Positions 1 to 12,487 of a DNA stretch of 64,000 nucleotides are shown here, piece after piece; the stretch's first letter is position 1, and each line of letters opens with the position of its first letter. A program made the translations under genes and the position numbers. The stretch comes from Mustelus asterias (lineage: Eukaryota), in contig NW_027590151.1 of assembly GCF_964213995.1 (NCBI RefSeq), positions 372,001-436,000 on the forward strand. The letters run 5' to 3'. The notes under the pieces are model-generated. The model was given only the letters and a program-made list of their open reading frames with translations, was not told the DNA's origin and made no database searches.

Positions 1-816
1 CCGAGACCAGTTCTCTGGTTTTATTTGATCAGACTGTGTTGTTGTGTCAGAGACAGCTTATGAAAAATGAACAGATTTCAGAACTCATTGACTTTGATCA
101 TTCAATTGAATTTTACAATGTTTCCCTAACAGTATTCAAATAATCATGTGATTTACAGAAACAAGGAGTAGCGAGAAACAGATGAACAAGCCAGATATGA
201 TAAGAAGTTTAATGCTACCCTGGTATTAGGTGGAGACAGTCATGGAGATGTGGAAATTGGCTGCTCGGATTTGTTTGAGAAACCAAAGTCACAACCTTAT
301 GAAATGTGTTAAGGGTGTGCAAACTGTCTCGAATGCAGCTATGAACAGCTCACCCTCAAAGGCCCCCAGAAACCGAAAAGGGAGAAGAAGCGAGTGGTGT
401 TCAATATGGTAAGCAGGCACGGAAAAGGAAGGAAAGGACAATTAGAGACTTCGGGATCAGGGGACGTCACACAAACATGGGGAACTGTACGTCTGCTGTC
501 TGTGTGGCCCTTCACGGCCAAGTTTGACGGATGTTTGGGATTTTATCACCCAGGTCTGATTATACAGAGTTGATTATTAGCAGAAGGGACGATTTAATTG
601 ACACATTCATTATGTGATGGACTTGTCGGCCTCAAACGATTCTGCAGTTTGTTTTCTCGGCCTCTCCTGGAAACAGTTGGGTGACAGTTGATCCGAGGTG
701 AATATGGTTTCCTGTCGGTTTGTGTTTGAGCGGCTGACAGCGCCGCTGCTCATTGTGGCTGCATCTGCCAGAGGTTCTACACAGTAGAGCGGAACTCTCA
801 CTAACATTGATGAGAC

Positions 817-855
817 AGTTTTTGTATCGGAGTCAGACTGCTTTCCATCACTGTG
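817..855 (-). other. V(D)J recombination signal sequence, 23-bp spacer
   Basis: CACAGTG-atggaaagcagtctgactccgat(23)-ACAAAAACT directly after YYCAFR. Confidence 0.95.
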
Positions 856-1314
856 AGTCTGAAAGCGCAGTAATACACGGCAGCGTCAGACAACTGCAGA
901 TCCGAGATAGTCAAACTGATGGATTTATTCGGGATTTGGTGGTCAGTCGAGAAACGGATTTCAGCAAAATCTGCTTTGTATTCATTACCCCCCGAGTACT
1001 TCTCCAGTATGAACTCGGGCTGGGAGTCTGGGTGCTGTCGATACCAGTATAAATAATAGTTGATTTCTGCAGTATCATAGTTGCAGTTTAATGTCATCAC
1101 GTCTCCTTCTGTCTTAACATCTGAGGACAGCGGCTGAGTGACAGAATCTCCATGGGTCAGACCTGGAAAATATGTTCAAATAGATAAAGAATAGAGTGAC
1201 GTGTACTCAACAGTAAGATTCAACCCAAGTTTTGGAAATGAGAAAACAAACGTGACGTCCAAAAATACCTGTGAGAAATGCCCCCCACACAATCCAAATG
1301 ACGAGTATCTTCAT
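856..1314 (-). CDS. T-cell receptor alpha/delta variable (V) gene segment, apparently functional (Vdelta-like); leader exon 1269-1314, V exon 856-1162
   Basis: Leader MKILVIWIVWGAFLT-G with GT donor; ttttccag acceptor; open V exon GLTHGDSVTQPLSSDVKTEGDVMTLNCNY..LYWYRQHPDSQPEFIL..RFS..SLTISDLQLSDAAVYYCAFR with both Cys and the Trp; followed by a 23-RSS. Confidence 0.93.
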
Positions 1315-1390
1315 TGTCTCTGTCCGCTCTGTAAAGGGGGAATCCGATATTTGAAGACACCCATTCTAATCCCCACCCTTAATAATCTGA

Positions 1391-1418
1391 TGACGTGTCT
1401 CAGAATGCTCATGCGTCA
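1391..1418 (-). promoter_or_regulatory. CRE-like motifs in the V promoter
   Basis: TGACGTG (1391-1397) and TGCGTCA (1412-1418), 77-104 bp upstream of the leader ATG; CRE sites are typical of TCR V promoters. Confidence 0.5.
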
Positions 1419-2224
1419 GTTCCGTGTCTCGCCAGTGTCACCGTGAGATTGGTAACTGCTATGGTGACTGTCAGTAAATAGAAGCTCCCCAACTTGTACT
1501 CCGTTCGGTGTCCCTGTCGGGCGAATTGTTCCGCTTTGGAAACGGATGCCAAGAAAAAAAACCTTAATTTTGTTATTGGAACGGAGGAGTAAGGAGTGTT
1601 GATGGATTTGGTGGATTTCCAATCAATGTTCTGTGCACATTCTCTTAGCTTTAGCATCCGAGCATTAGTGCCTGTGACTCCAGTGAGAGCTCAGAGAACA
1701 GTGGAGGCTGTGGGCCACAGAATAATTTTAAAGCTGAGTGAAACCAAAATTTTAACTAAAGTGTATGTCACGGTTCAAGCAGATCAAGGCACAAAAGTGG
1801 ATTTAAACGGAAAATCAGATGAACTGTAATCTGATTGAATAGTAGAGCAGATTTTCAGGCAGCCTAATTTTTATGTTCGAATGTTCAGATATCGGTGGAT
1901 GGGCTGTGAATACCCTTGCAACCTTCGTTGTTTTACTAAAGGTACAGAGAAATCAATCAATGAAGTCCAGTTGCCTGTTCATTATTCCGGAGATAATGTA
2001 AAGCGTGTACTGTTGGTGCTGTCCTGAAAGCTGATCATGTCTGAAATCAACAGGGTTACGATATTAAATTGTCATGGTGCAGCTAATTGTGACATTGCCT
2101 TTTCTTCAAAGGTCCATTCAGGGACAACCAGATGCACTGTGTGGTTGTGATCCCATTCTGATATAATGTACTGGGAAGAGTCAACTTTAAGAACTTGCGC
2201 TTTTTCTTCTTAATCATTATCAAC

Positions 2225-2620
2225 ATGGGAGTCACTGGACAAGTAGTTCAAGGGCCCAGAATAATGCTTTGGGAAAACTAGTTCAAATCCCACCATATCA
2301 ACTCGTTATATTTCAATTCGATTTTGGAGAAAAGTAGTCAAAATTGAAATTTAGAAATGTAAAGGTTAAATTTAAAGGTGATTAATTGATATTGAAAGCT
2401 AGTCGCATTGATGGTGCTGGAACGCTTTCACTGCAAATCCAGTTAGTTCACTAATGCACTTTGTGGAAGGAAATATACCATCCCAGCGTGGCCTGGACTG
2501 TGTGTGATTACAGAACAACAACAATATAACGAACTCTCAAATATCCCAGCCCGGTTCGAGGACAATTGGTGATGGACAGAAATAATGTCTTGTCACCGAT
2601 GTCCAATGAATAATTAAAAA
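2225..2620 (+). mobile_element. Degenerate tRNA-derived SINE (non-HE1 family; related copies near 18495-18680, 47660-47965, 56200-56500, 59455-59805)
   Basis: gttcaaatcccacc B-box; shared ggaaggaaa..cc..cctgg..tg.gtga.t.caga body with the other copies. Confidence 0.5.
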
Positions 2621-2811
2621 AAGAGTTCATATCATTTGAATAATGGCAATACCTAAGTTACAGCGGTCAGGAGAGCAGCATATTCTTTACTTTCAATTGG
2701 GAAGGAAACACTAAGTGAAAAGTGATACATTGATGAGGAGACGTCCGTTGTGGTTCTGCTTCCTTCTCCCCGAGTCTGTAACTCTGCAGTTCGGGAAATA
2801 TCCCCGTAACA

Positions 2812-3014
2812 CTAAGAGACAATTTAGCATGACCAATGCACCTAACCTGCAAATCTTTGGACTGTGAGAGGAAATCGTAACATCTGGAGAAAACAAGGGC
2901 AGACACGGAGAGAACGTGCAAACTCCGCACAGACAGTCTCCCAAGGCCGGAATTGAATCTGGATTCCTTGCGTTGTAAGGCAGCAATGCTAACCACTGTG
3001 CCACCGTACCGCCC
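2812..3014 (-). mobile_element. HE1-like elasmobranch SINE
   Basis: ggcggtacggtggcacagtggttagcattgctgcc...gagtttgcacgttctctccgtgtctg on the minus strand. Confidence 0.85.
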
Positions 3015-3157
3015 ATTCAGTAATGCAGGATACGTGAGGTGGGCCAGAGAGAGGGGGAGAGAGAGACTGTGGGTTTTGTTGCCAATAGCAACGGTATGCC
3101 AATGATACCAAAGACATTGCCCGCGTCATTTCAAGCTTGGAGAAACATGTGACGACT

Positions 3158-3171
3158 GCGCCCTCTGACGG
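3158..3171 (-). promoter_or_regulatory. CTCF-consensus motif
   Basis: CCGTCAGAGGGCGC on the minus strand. Confidence 0.5.
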
Positions 3172-4107
3172 TGACTCAGAGTACGTGACACTGTCGGCAA
3201 GTGCAAGGTTGTCGATGGGCAGATTCCAGCGGCCTTTTATTGAGAGACGTGTTTTCAAACAATTGAACTATATAAACAGACGCTAGGGAAATATAAATGA
3301 ATTGAAAGAACAGTGCATTCTGTGTCATTTCTGAATCTCTTCCTTTCTGTCCTCCCCCCATCAGTTGGCTTTGTATTTCGCACTCGTAATGTCTCACTTT
3401 CTTTCATTTCTCCTTCCATACTTTTCTAATTGGTTGTCCTCTGCCTGTAATCCAAGGCACAAAACGATTTCCAGAATTTTGACGCAAGGGAACGGCGATA
3501 TGGTTCAAAATGAGGATGTTGTGTGGCTTGAAGTGGTGCCGCAGAATGTGGTGTTCCCGTGCATCTGTTCCTCTTCTCCTTAGAGATGAAAGAGATTCCG
3601 GATTCGGAAGGTGCTGTCGAAGCAGGCCTGACGGGTTAATTTAATCAAAATTTCAAGTACCGACATTAATTTATAATGGAAGACTGTGGTTTTGTTGGTT
3701 AACAAATAAGGATCAGTGGACACCGTTATTTTTAAGAAGATTTGTTTATTGATGTGCAACGTTGTGCAAACCTTGTTATCCAGATTGCTTAGTGACATTG
3801 GAATGCAGTTATTTGTAGAGCCCATTCTCTAAGCCTCCTGTGTCATCCACCTCCTCCTCTCCCAGTTACCATGCCCCAATGGGGCATTGGTCGCCATGGA
3901 CTTCCATTTGATCACTTTGTGGTTTCAAAGCACTCCAGCGGTTTGCCATTGACTTCCGCAGTATTATTGACCAGGAATTTGTTCCGTCCCCATCACCTAC
4001 CATCAGCAATACTGAAAGGATTTACAGGCTGATAATCAACATGTTCGACCACGTTATGAACGTGACCATCACGATTGATAGTTTGTGTTCTGTGGAACGA
4101 ATGGAAC

Positions 4108-4812
4108 TTTGTGTTTGTCCACATATGTCTGAAAGTGGAAGGTTATGTTAGTAGGGTGGTGAAAAAGGCATACGGGACACTTGACTTTGTCAATCGTGAC
4201 GTCGGTTGCAAAAGCAGGGAACTCATGTTGGACTTGTGTAGAATTTTGGTGAGGTCACAGCTCGAGTACCGTTGCAGTTCTGGTCGCCACATTCTCGGAA
4301 GGATGTGATTGCACTGGAGGAAGTGCAGAAGATGTTTACCAGCATGCTACGTGGGACAGAACATTTAAGTTATGAAGGAGATTGGGCAGACTTGGTTTGT
4401 TTTCCTTGGAGCAGAGAAAACTGAGGGGCGACCTGATCGAGGTGTACAAGATTATGAGATACATGGACAGAGTGGATAAAGAGCAGCTATTCCCCTTAAT
4501 TGAAGGGTCAGTCATGAGGCGAAATAGGTTCAAGGTGAGGAGCAGGATGTTTCGGGGGAATGTGAGAAAAATCTTTTTACCCAGAGGGGGGTGACAGTCT
4601 GGAGTACGCTGCCTGGGAGAATGGTGATGGCGGTTTGCCTTACGTCCTTTAAAAAAGTGTCTGGATAAGCACTTGGTACTTCATAACATTCAGGGCGATT
4701 GTCCAAGCGCTGGCAGATGAGATTAGGTGGGAGTTCTGGTATTTAATGTGACTGTGTGGACTTGATGGGCCGAAGAGCCCATCGTCTGCGCTGTATGATT
4801 CTATGATTCTAC
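4108..4812 (+). mobile_element. CR1 LINE 3' fragment (decayed)
   Basis: LVRSQLEY, LGLFSLEQRKLRGDLIEVYKIM peptides; (tatgattc) tail. Confidence 0.88.
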
Positions 4813-5030
4813 GATTCAATGAAGGCACTTGAACCTGCATGAGGATCCGACCACTGCGGCAGAAAACTCCTGCGGTGCAATTGTGCCATCTCCAATCTTT
4901 TGCCCTAAACATGCTATCGATTGCAAGGAAGTGTAACGGCCTAGGAATATTTCCCCTACTACTCTGCTGGCAGCTATAACAAGCAACGAACTGACCCCTT
5001 TGCAGGTTTTAGTTAAATATGAGGTCCTGG

Positions 5031-5044
5031 GCGCCATCTAGCGG
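5031..5044 (-). promoter_or_regulatory. CTCF-consensus motif
   Basis: CCGCTAGATGGCGC on the minus strand; flank homologous to 15720-15905. Confidence 0.6.
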
Positions 5045-5523
5045 AACATTGTCTGTGAAACAGCGATTCTCAGTTTATTATGCAGGATTACTGTGTGATT
5101 TCGCTGCCTGAGTAGTATGGGCGTTTATAATGTGTTTTATTGCTTTGATTTTATTATTTCAACGGCTGCTTCCATTTTCTTTTGTTTTTGAGGTTTCTCC
5201 TGGATTTTGCGATACTCTCGCATTTAAAATCACGGGGTTCCAACAAGCAAAAACAGAAAATACTGGAAAATATCAGCAGGTCTGACAGCATCACTGGAGA
5301 GAGACTGGACCCAACGTTTCGTGTCTGGATGACTCCCTTAGACAGCTGCGGACGGACGCCTTTTAATTTTCAAGTACAAGATTAGTTGAAATATCAGATT
5401 GGAAGTAACGGATGTGTTCATCTATTAAGTGACATGGGCTCTCAATCTAACCAAGAGAACCTGCAGCAACACAGTGGAGTTGAGCATTATGGTCAGGCCA
5501 ATTGGCGTGTTACACTGTCTTTT

Positions 5524-5554
5524 GTTTCGGTAGTGCAGTGGTTATCGAGTTCGC
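5524..5554 (+). pseudogene. tRNA-Val 5'-half relic
   Basis: gtttcggtagtgcagtggttatcgagttcgc versus tRNA-Val gtttccgtagtgtagtggttatcacgttcgc. Confidence 0.55.
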
Positions 5555-6484
5555 ACAAAACCGAACAGACGCGTTCATTAAGCTTCCTCATGTACGGTGA
5601 GAGAAATCTGTATGATTTCAGTTTGTTGCTGAACATTGTCCGAATCTCGATGTTGCAGCCATTGTACCTTTGCTCTGACCCCGACCTCAGATGCTTTCTG
5701 TAAGATAAGAAACGATGATTTTTTTTGAAGCACTGACAGGAAATACAATTTTCTATTTTGACAACGTGTACATATTAGCATCTCGTTCAGTGTACAGCAA
5801 AACATAATGGGTTTATAGGTGCAGATTGACATAGTTAATAGATCATTCCTAAATCTCTTCCTTTTTAAAAGTACTTGATTTTGTTGAAACAATGATGAGT
5901 GTGGTCAATCACAAATAAGCACCATGGCATGTGTATTACGCAGTGACTCGATTTCTTTTGTTGGTCAGTCATGTTTGCAATTAAATGTTGTATATTTCAG
6001 AGATATTCAATTCAGAATGAGGACACCTGCGTTAAATAAATGTATTGATATTATATGTTGAATAACGACAAATACTGGATATAACTGGTTGAAACTGGTT
6101 CAAATTATACGAACGTTATACTATTATATCCCGTGAAGCAATATATTTTTGCTGTCAATGCTAGTATAATATTTCTGTTTCGACATTTGTTCTTTTAGTT
6201 ACATTTTCTCAATATTGTTACTGGCTGCGGTTGTGAGTCTGGAATTCGCCCCGACATGAAACCCAATCCAGTATCCAACAGCGCTCTGGTGGCGGCGGCA
6301 TGGAACTACAAGGTGAAGCTTTCTTCCTCCTGTGACCCTTCGGGACTCAAGTTTGTTCAAACATTCCCGATCATAAATTCTACCGCGATTTTATTTATGG
6401 CATTCATTTTCAAATTTTAGACCGCACTGAGGTGGAGAATCTTTTCTCATGAGTCCACCTCCTCCAAAGACAACCCTTTTCCAG

Positions 6485-6572
6485 ATATGGGTCATTGAGA
6501 TTCTGTCACACAGCCGCTGTCCTCAGCATTGAAGACAGAAGGAGAAGCGGTGACTTTACAGTGTATCTATAA
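6485..6572 (+). pseudogene. Truncated TCR V pseudogene (FR1 only), same family as the V at 856-1314
   Basis: ccttttccag acceptor then DMGH*DSVTQPLSSALKTEGEAVTLQCIY; in-frame TGA; no FR2, FR3 or RSS. Confidence 0.85.
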
Positions 6573-6704
6573 TATTAAATGTTACTCTCTGAAAAGGGGA
6601 AAATTCTAAACATATCAACTGAGTCGCCTTTGTACATTCTTGTTTGTAAGCAAAATAAACCAAATTAGTCTGTTGATCACTGGCACTATTCTGATTTATA
6701 ACCA

Positions 6705-7050
6705 TAAGCTCTTAAGACGATAAGCTATAACAGTAGCATTAGACCAGTCGACCCATGGAGTCTGTTCCGCCATTCAATCGTGTCTGCTAAGTTTCTCATC
6801 CCCATTCTCCCGTCTTTCCCCGGAAACTTTGATCCCCTTACAAATCAAAAACATATCTACTCAATGACCTGACCTCCAGACCCTTCTGTGGCAATGAATT
6901 CCATCATTTCACCACCCACTGGCTGAAGAAATTCCTCCTCATCTCTGATTTAAACGTTCGTCCATTTACTCTGAGGCTGTTCCCTTGGATCCTAGTCTCT
7001 TTTACTTACATGGAAACACCTTCCCCAACCCGGCACTTTTTCCAAAGTCT
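6705..7050 (-). mobile_element. CR1 LINE 3' fragment
   Basis: Matches the 3' end of the CR1 at 21155-21480 (gcaatgaattcca..ctggctgaagaaatt.ctcctcatctctg). Confidence 0.8.
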
Positions 7051-7261
7051 TGGTATGCTCTAGACTTCGGTGTACCCAGGATTTGAACAGAGAATTCCAG
7101 GAATGATGTCCGCAGGTTCAGCACCATTTTACGATATAAGCAGGAAACGTAGCAAAGACACCAATTCGGATTTCTGGGCAGCATTTGTGTCTTGGTATGT
7201 ATTGGGGTAAACCCTGAATCCACTCAACAGCCAAATGCGAACTTGCATTAAGCAACATTTG

Positions 7262-7275
7262 TCAGCAGAGGGCGC
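7262..7275 (+). promoter_or_regulatory. CTCF-consensus motif upstream of V leader
   Basis: TCAGCAGAGGGCGC about 270 bp upstream of the leader of the V at 7538-8049. Confidence 0.55.
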
Positions 7276-7537
7276 CAATTTCAAGCCCGGTTTTGGAGAG
7301 GGGAGAGATGTTGGGGAGGGGGGGTGGTGATACAATCTCACGTGACATTATCACTAGAGCCTGTATGGATGGTAGGCTAGTGAGGTCACAATAGACTCCC
7401 CTTCCCCTCCCCACAATCACATCCACACAGACAAATTGGCATACACTCAGTCACACGCTGCAATCAACTGAACAGAGCCTGGGTTCCCTCTCTCTTTCTC
7501 ACTCTCTGATTCCGTCCATTCTCATTCACTGAAAGAG

Positions 7538-8049
7538 ATTCACTCGGACATTTTGCTGATCATTCTGGTGGCGCTCATGCAGTTAGTACCAGATACCATT
7601 CATCAAGCCACGTGAACATATTTATACACACAGATGGCAATTTAATCAACCATCAGAAACATCCATGTGCGGCGTAGGTGGGAGGTTGCACAAACTATCG
7701 CCTATAAAAAACAAATTTACATGAGGTCTTGATATTTCTTTCCTCTACCTTCACAGGTGGACTGTGCGCAGATCCAGTAACTCAGTCACCGGTGGCAATA
7801 ACCGCATCAGAAGGGGATTCGGTGCAGCTCGATTGTAACTATACAGACAAGTATATGAGATACATGCAATGGTATTAGCAGAAACCTGCACAGCCACCGA
7901 GAGGGATTATTACCAAAACATTAGTCGTGAAAGAAAATGAAGTTCCAGGATGATATCTGGCGGCTGCTGACAAGTCCACATAGAACGGTCACCTCAATAT
8001 AAGCGCCCCCAGTTTGGAGGACGTGGCGGTCTATTACTGTGCAGTGAGG
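7538..8049 (+). pseudogene. TCR Valpha-like pseudogene; decayed leader about 7538-7582, V exon 7757-8049
   Basis: GGLCADPVTQSPVAITASEGDSVQLDCNY..MQWY*QKPAQPPRGII..VPG*YLAAADKST*NGHLNISAPSLEDVAVYYCAVR: three in-frame stops; leader lacks an initiator ATG (ATT). Confidence 0.92.
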
Positions 8050-8087
8050 CACAGCATTAGATTACAGCTAAAACCCGTACAAAAACC
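8050..8087 (+). other. RSS with 22-bp spacer
   Basis: CACAGCA-22 nt-ACAAAAACC. Confidence 0.85.
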
Positions 8088-8149
8088 TCAGCGAGTATTT
8101 ACAACTCTATGAAGTTAACAAACAAGGCACACATGTGAGCAGATTTCCC

Positions 8150-8282
8150 CTCCATCTGACGAAGGAGCAGGGCTCCGAACGCGAATGGCATTTGCTACCA
8201 AATAAACCTGTTGGACTTTAACCTGGTGTTGTTAAAACTCTTACTCTTTTTACCCCAGTCCAACGCCGGCATCTCCACATCT
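8150..8282 (+). mobile_element. Penelope-like pseudo-LTR fragment with hammerhead-like core
   Basis: ctgacgaaggagcagggctccgaac..aaataaacctgttggactttaacctggtgttg, same as the 3' end of the Penelope fragment at 19798-20390. Confidence 0.7.
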
Positions 8283-8639
8283 TGTTCAAATCATCAGAGA
8301 AGCACTTTGGGAAATCTCGAGACTAAGCTCCATGCCGCGATTTATATAGTAAGGAGATACCAGGAGTATCTAGCTATCAGCTGAAGGATGCTTTCAAAAG
8401 TGGAGGCAATATGGCAGACAATTGCCGGCTGTTCATCCAGAATTGTTAACTCAGATGAACCCATGGACACCGACTCCTCGGCATTCGTTCCTATGCTTAA
8501 GTGCAGAATGGATCAAAGTCTGCTGTAGTTCATAACAAATGAGATGTCGAATAACTGGTACATAGACTCACTTAACAACACGACTATTATTATAAATCCG
8601 GGGCACAGAGACTCGTGTGTTTGGATTGTGCTGCGTAAA

Positions 8640-9130
8640 AAAAAGTCTTGGTGAGTTGCTGCAGTGTATCTTATAGATGGTGCACACGGCTGCCACTGTT
8701 CGTCTGTGGTGGCAAGAATGGATGTTCATGGAATGGGTAGAAATCAAGCGGGCTGATGTTTCCTGTATCGTGTCGAGCCTCTTGAGTGTTCTTGGAGCTA
8801 AACTCATCCAAGCAATTAGAGAGTATTCCATCTCACTCCTGACTTGTACCTTATAGATGGTGGACAGACTTTGGGGAGTCAGGAGGTGAGTTACTCGCCG
8901 CAGGATTCCTACCTTTGATCAGCTCTGGTAGCCACTGTATTTACATTCCTGGGTCCAGTTCATTTTCGGTCAACTCCCAGGATTTTGATGGGGGTGGGGT
9001 GGGTGGGGGAGCAGGAAGGATGATCCAGCGATGGTAATTCCATTAAATATAAATGAAAGTTGATTAAATCCTCTCCTTTTGGAGATGGTCATTGCCTGGA
9101 ACTTGTGTGACATGAATGTTGCTTGCACTT
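8640..9130 (-). mobile_element. CR1/L2-clade LINE RT fragment
   Basis: MEYSLIAWMSLAPRTLKRLDTIQETSARLI..HHRRTVAAVCTIYKIH. Confidence 0.7.
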
Positions 9131-10391
9131 ATCAGGCCAAACCTGTGTATTGTCCAGATCTTACTGCATTTGAGCATAGACCAAATGTCTAATTCGAGAC
9201 ATTGGAATATCAACCTTAAATTAAAGAATGCGGATGATTTCCTCACCATAAAGCCCACTCTCACTGAATTACTGACCTGCTCTTTCGCTCTTTCTGCTCT
9301 TCCGCCTTTACCGACCACTGCAAATGTTAAAACCTTTTACATCTGTAACATTTTCCCCAGTTCTGATAAGCATAATGTTCCTCTATTTCTAACTTGAAAA
9401 CTGCCGCCCATTCAACTGAGCAACTTCAGAATTGTGCGTTGACATTTTGGACACTATAACGTTCCTGGTGCATTCCAGTACATGTGACCACTGGGATTGA
9501 GGGAGGTCATGTAGCCACTTACGGAAATGTAGTAACTCCCTGTACGAATATATCTGCAAACATCTCCTTAAATATCTAGGGTTCCAGCCACCTTCCATTC
9601 AAACCGGCAACTTATTTCGCACATTTACCACTTTCTGTGAATGAGAAGCATTTTTCGATATTATCCCAGAATTGCACTTTTCACTTCGAACCCGTGTCCC
9701 CGAGTCCCTGTCTACAATTAAAATTGGAGTAAAATTGCAGGAAATGTTTTTACTACATGATGTATCTAATATTGTTGTAGGTACCAGTCAGACACTTGGG
9801 TGGGGACCTAATTGAGAGAAACACATGACCCTCTGTAGCGAGTCACACCGGCCAGAATCTGTCTTTTGGGTTGATTTGTTTCACAGATAGAAATACTTCA
9901 ACACGAGATAGAAAGTGAGAACAGCGCGATCATTTCTTAAGCACAGACCCCAGGAGGATAACAGCGCCAATTGTCGGACCTGTCCCAGTTTCCATTTAAC
10001 CTGCCTGCCCTTGTCTCTGAAGTGGGGAGATTGATGCACCTATCCACTGGCTGCCATCGGTTGGCTGAGCAGTTCTGTGGTTGGGGACCAGCACTTGCTT
10101 TGACAGAGGGGTTCATTGTCTGCAGAGTTACAGACAACGGGAGCGACATTCGGAACTATCTCTTTCCTTCCTGCTAACTCTGTAACATCTCAGTTAGTAT
10201 TTCCTCCCGAGTAATACTCCACTCTCCCCCTAACCGCACTAAACAATGTATTCTTATTTGTAAAATGGTGACAATTACGACATTAGCGGATCCAAAACAT
10301 TTTACTTGTCCTTTTACTTCCAACATGTTGCGAATCTGATTTTTAAATTCTCGCATGTTTGACCTTTCACCATTGGAACATTTTTTTCCAG

Positions 10392-10734
10392 ATCTGAGTC
10401 ATGGAAACGCTATCAGCAGCTGCTATTCTCAGGAGTTAAGACAGAAGGAGAAGCGGTGACTTTAACCTCCATCTATAATCCTGCATCGAGCGACAGCAAT
10501 GATTTATACTGCTACCGGCAACATTCCTGAAACAAAGCCAGAGCTTATTCTGATAAAATACGCGGGAGGTTCAGCGATGAGACAGGTTTTGCCAAATACT
10601 TCTTTTGGGCAATTTAACAGCTTGACAAGAAAATTCACTTTCCCCATCTCTGGGCTGTAACTGAGAGGCACTGCAATTTATTTCTGCTCCCTGAGGCATT
10701 CAGTGATAAAAAGTTAGATTCATGGCAAGAAACC
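10392..10734 (+). pseudogene. TCR Vdelta-like pseudogene, frameshifted, decayed RSS
   Basis: ttttttccag acceptor; VKTEGEAVTLTSIY..DLYCYRQH/PETKPELILIKYAGGS..GFAKY..ISGL*LRGTAIYFCSLR; ttcagtg..gcaagaaac RSS remnant. Confidence 0.85.
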
Positions 10735-10824
10735 CTCGCCTCTTGGCAGGACAGAAGTTGCCAATATACATTATAGCATCGGTGAAATAGAATCATGGAA
10801 TCCCTACAGTGCAGGCTATTCACA

Positions 10825-10997
10825 AAGGGGCAATTTAGCACGGCCAATCAACCTAACCCGCACATCTTTAGACTGTGGGAGGAAACCGGAGCACCCGGAG
10901 GAAATCCACGCAGACACAGGGAGAATGTGCAAACTTCACACAGACAATGACCCAAGTCCCTGGAGTTGTGAGGCAGCAGTGCTAACCACTGTGCCAA
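10825..10997 (-). mobile_element. HE1-like SINE
   Basis: Same body as 2812-3014. Confidence 0.85.
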
Positions 10998-11254
10998 GTG
11001 TGAAAAAAAAAAGATTCATACAATCTGACAGTCGTTTGCGGTAATTTACTATTTAATCTCTATCTGTCTTTCGTCGGTGCAAGTTACCCCGAGTCGCCCA
11101 CATATTCTGAATTAAATTTCATGAAATTTAAACGCATTCGCCGAAGGGGGCATGAGGAGGTTGGTTCAGTTGTTGGTTTGATTGACGTAATGGGTAAGAG
11201 GTTGTGTTCTTTTCATCTTTAGTAAAAGTGAACGTTATTGTCAAAGCTGTATTT

Positions 11255-12487
11255 TTGAAGGGGTAACCAAGAAGGTAGATGAGGGCAGTGCAGTTGATGT
11301 TGTCTACACGGACTTTAGCAGGGCCTTTGACAAGGTACCGCATGGCAGATTGTTGCATAAGGTTAAATCTCACGGGATTTAGGGTGAGGTATCTAAATGG
11401 ATACAAAATTGGCTCATTGACAGAAACCAGAGGGTGGTTGTAGAGACTTGTTTTTCAAACTGGAGGCATGTGACCAGCGGTGTGCCTCAAGGATCAGTGC
11501 TGGGTCCACTGTTATTGTCATTTATATTAATGATTTGGATGAGAATATAGGGGGCATGGTTACTAAGTTTGCAGATGACACTTAGGTTGGTGGCATAGTG
11601 GACAGTGAAGAAAGTTATCTCCAATTGCAACGGGATCTTTATCAATTGGGCGAGTGGGCTGATGAATGGCAGATGGAGTTTAATTTAGACAAATGCGAGG
11701 TGATGCATTTTGGTAGATTGAACCAGGGCAGGACTTACTCAGTTAATGGTAGGGCGTTGGGGAGAGTTACAGAGAGATCTTGGGGTACATGTTCATAGCT
11801 CCTTGAAAGTGGGGTCACAGGTGGACAGAGTGGTGAAGAAGACATTTGGCACGCTTGGTTTCATCGGTCAGAACATTGAATACAGGAGTTGGAATGTCTT
11901 GTTGAAGTTGTACAAGACATTGGTCAGGCCACACTTGGAATACTGTGTGCAATTCTGGTCACCCTATTATAGAAAGGATATTATTAAACTAGAAGAAGTG
12001 CAGAAAAGATTTACTAGGATGCTACCGGGACTTGATGGATTGAGTTAGAAGGAGAGGCTGGATAAACTGGGACTTTTTCCTCTGGAGCGTAGGAGGCTGA
12101 GGGGTGATCTTATAGAGGTCTATAAAATGAGGGGCACAGATCAGCGAGATAGTCAATATCTTTTCCCAAAGGTAGGTGTTTTTTAAAACTAGAGGGCATA
12201 TGTTTAAGGTGTGAGGGGAGAGATATAAAAGTGTTCAGAAGGGCAATTGTTTCACACAGAGGATGGTAGGTGTCTGGAACAAGCTGCCAGAGGTAGTAGT
12301 AGAGGCGAGTACAATTTTGCCTTTTAAAAAGCATTTAGATAGTTACATGGGTACGATGGGTATAGAGGGATATGTGCCAAATGCGGGCAAGTGGGATTAG
12401 CTTAGAGGTTTAAAAAAATGGGCGGCATGGACAATTTGGGTCGAAGGGCCTTTTTTCCATGCTGCAAACCTCTATGACTCTATGATT
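11255..12487 (+). mobile_element. CR1 LINE, 5'-truncated RT with stops and frameshifts
   Basis: AFDKVPH, SGVPQGSVLGP, KFADD, LVRPHLEYCVQFWSP; (ctatgact) tail. Confidence 0.92.

Noticed and set aside
480-790. V-like words on the minus strand (CFQERPRKQ, LIINSV*SDLG)
   Set aside because: No conserved Cys/Trp, splice sites or RSS; compatible with chance
3071-3120. Possible D segment (CATACCG-12-ACAAAACCC on the minus strand)
   Set aside because: Heptamer lacks the essential CAC and there is no 5' nonamer
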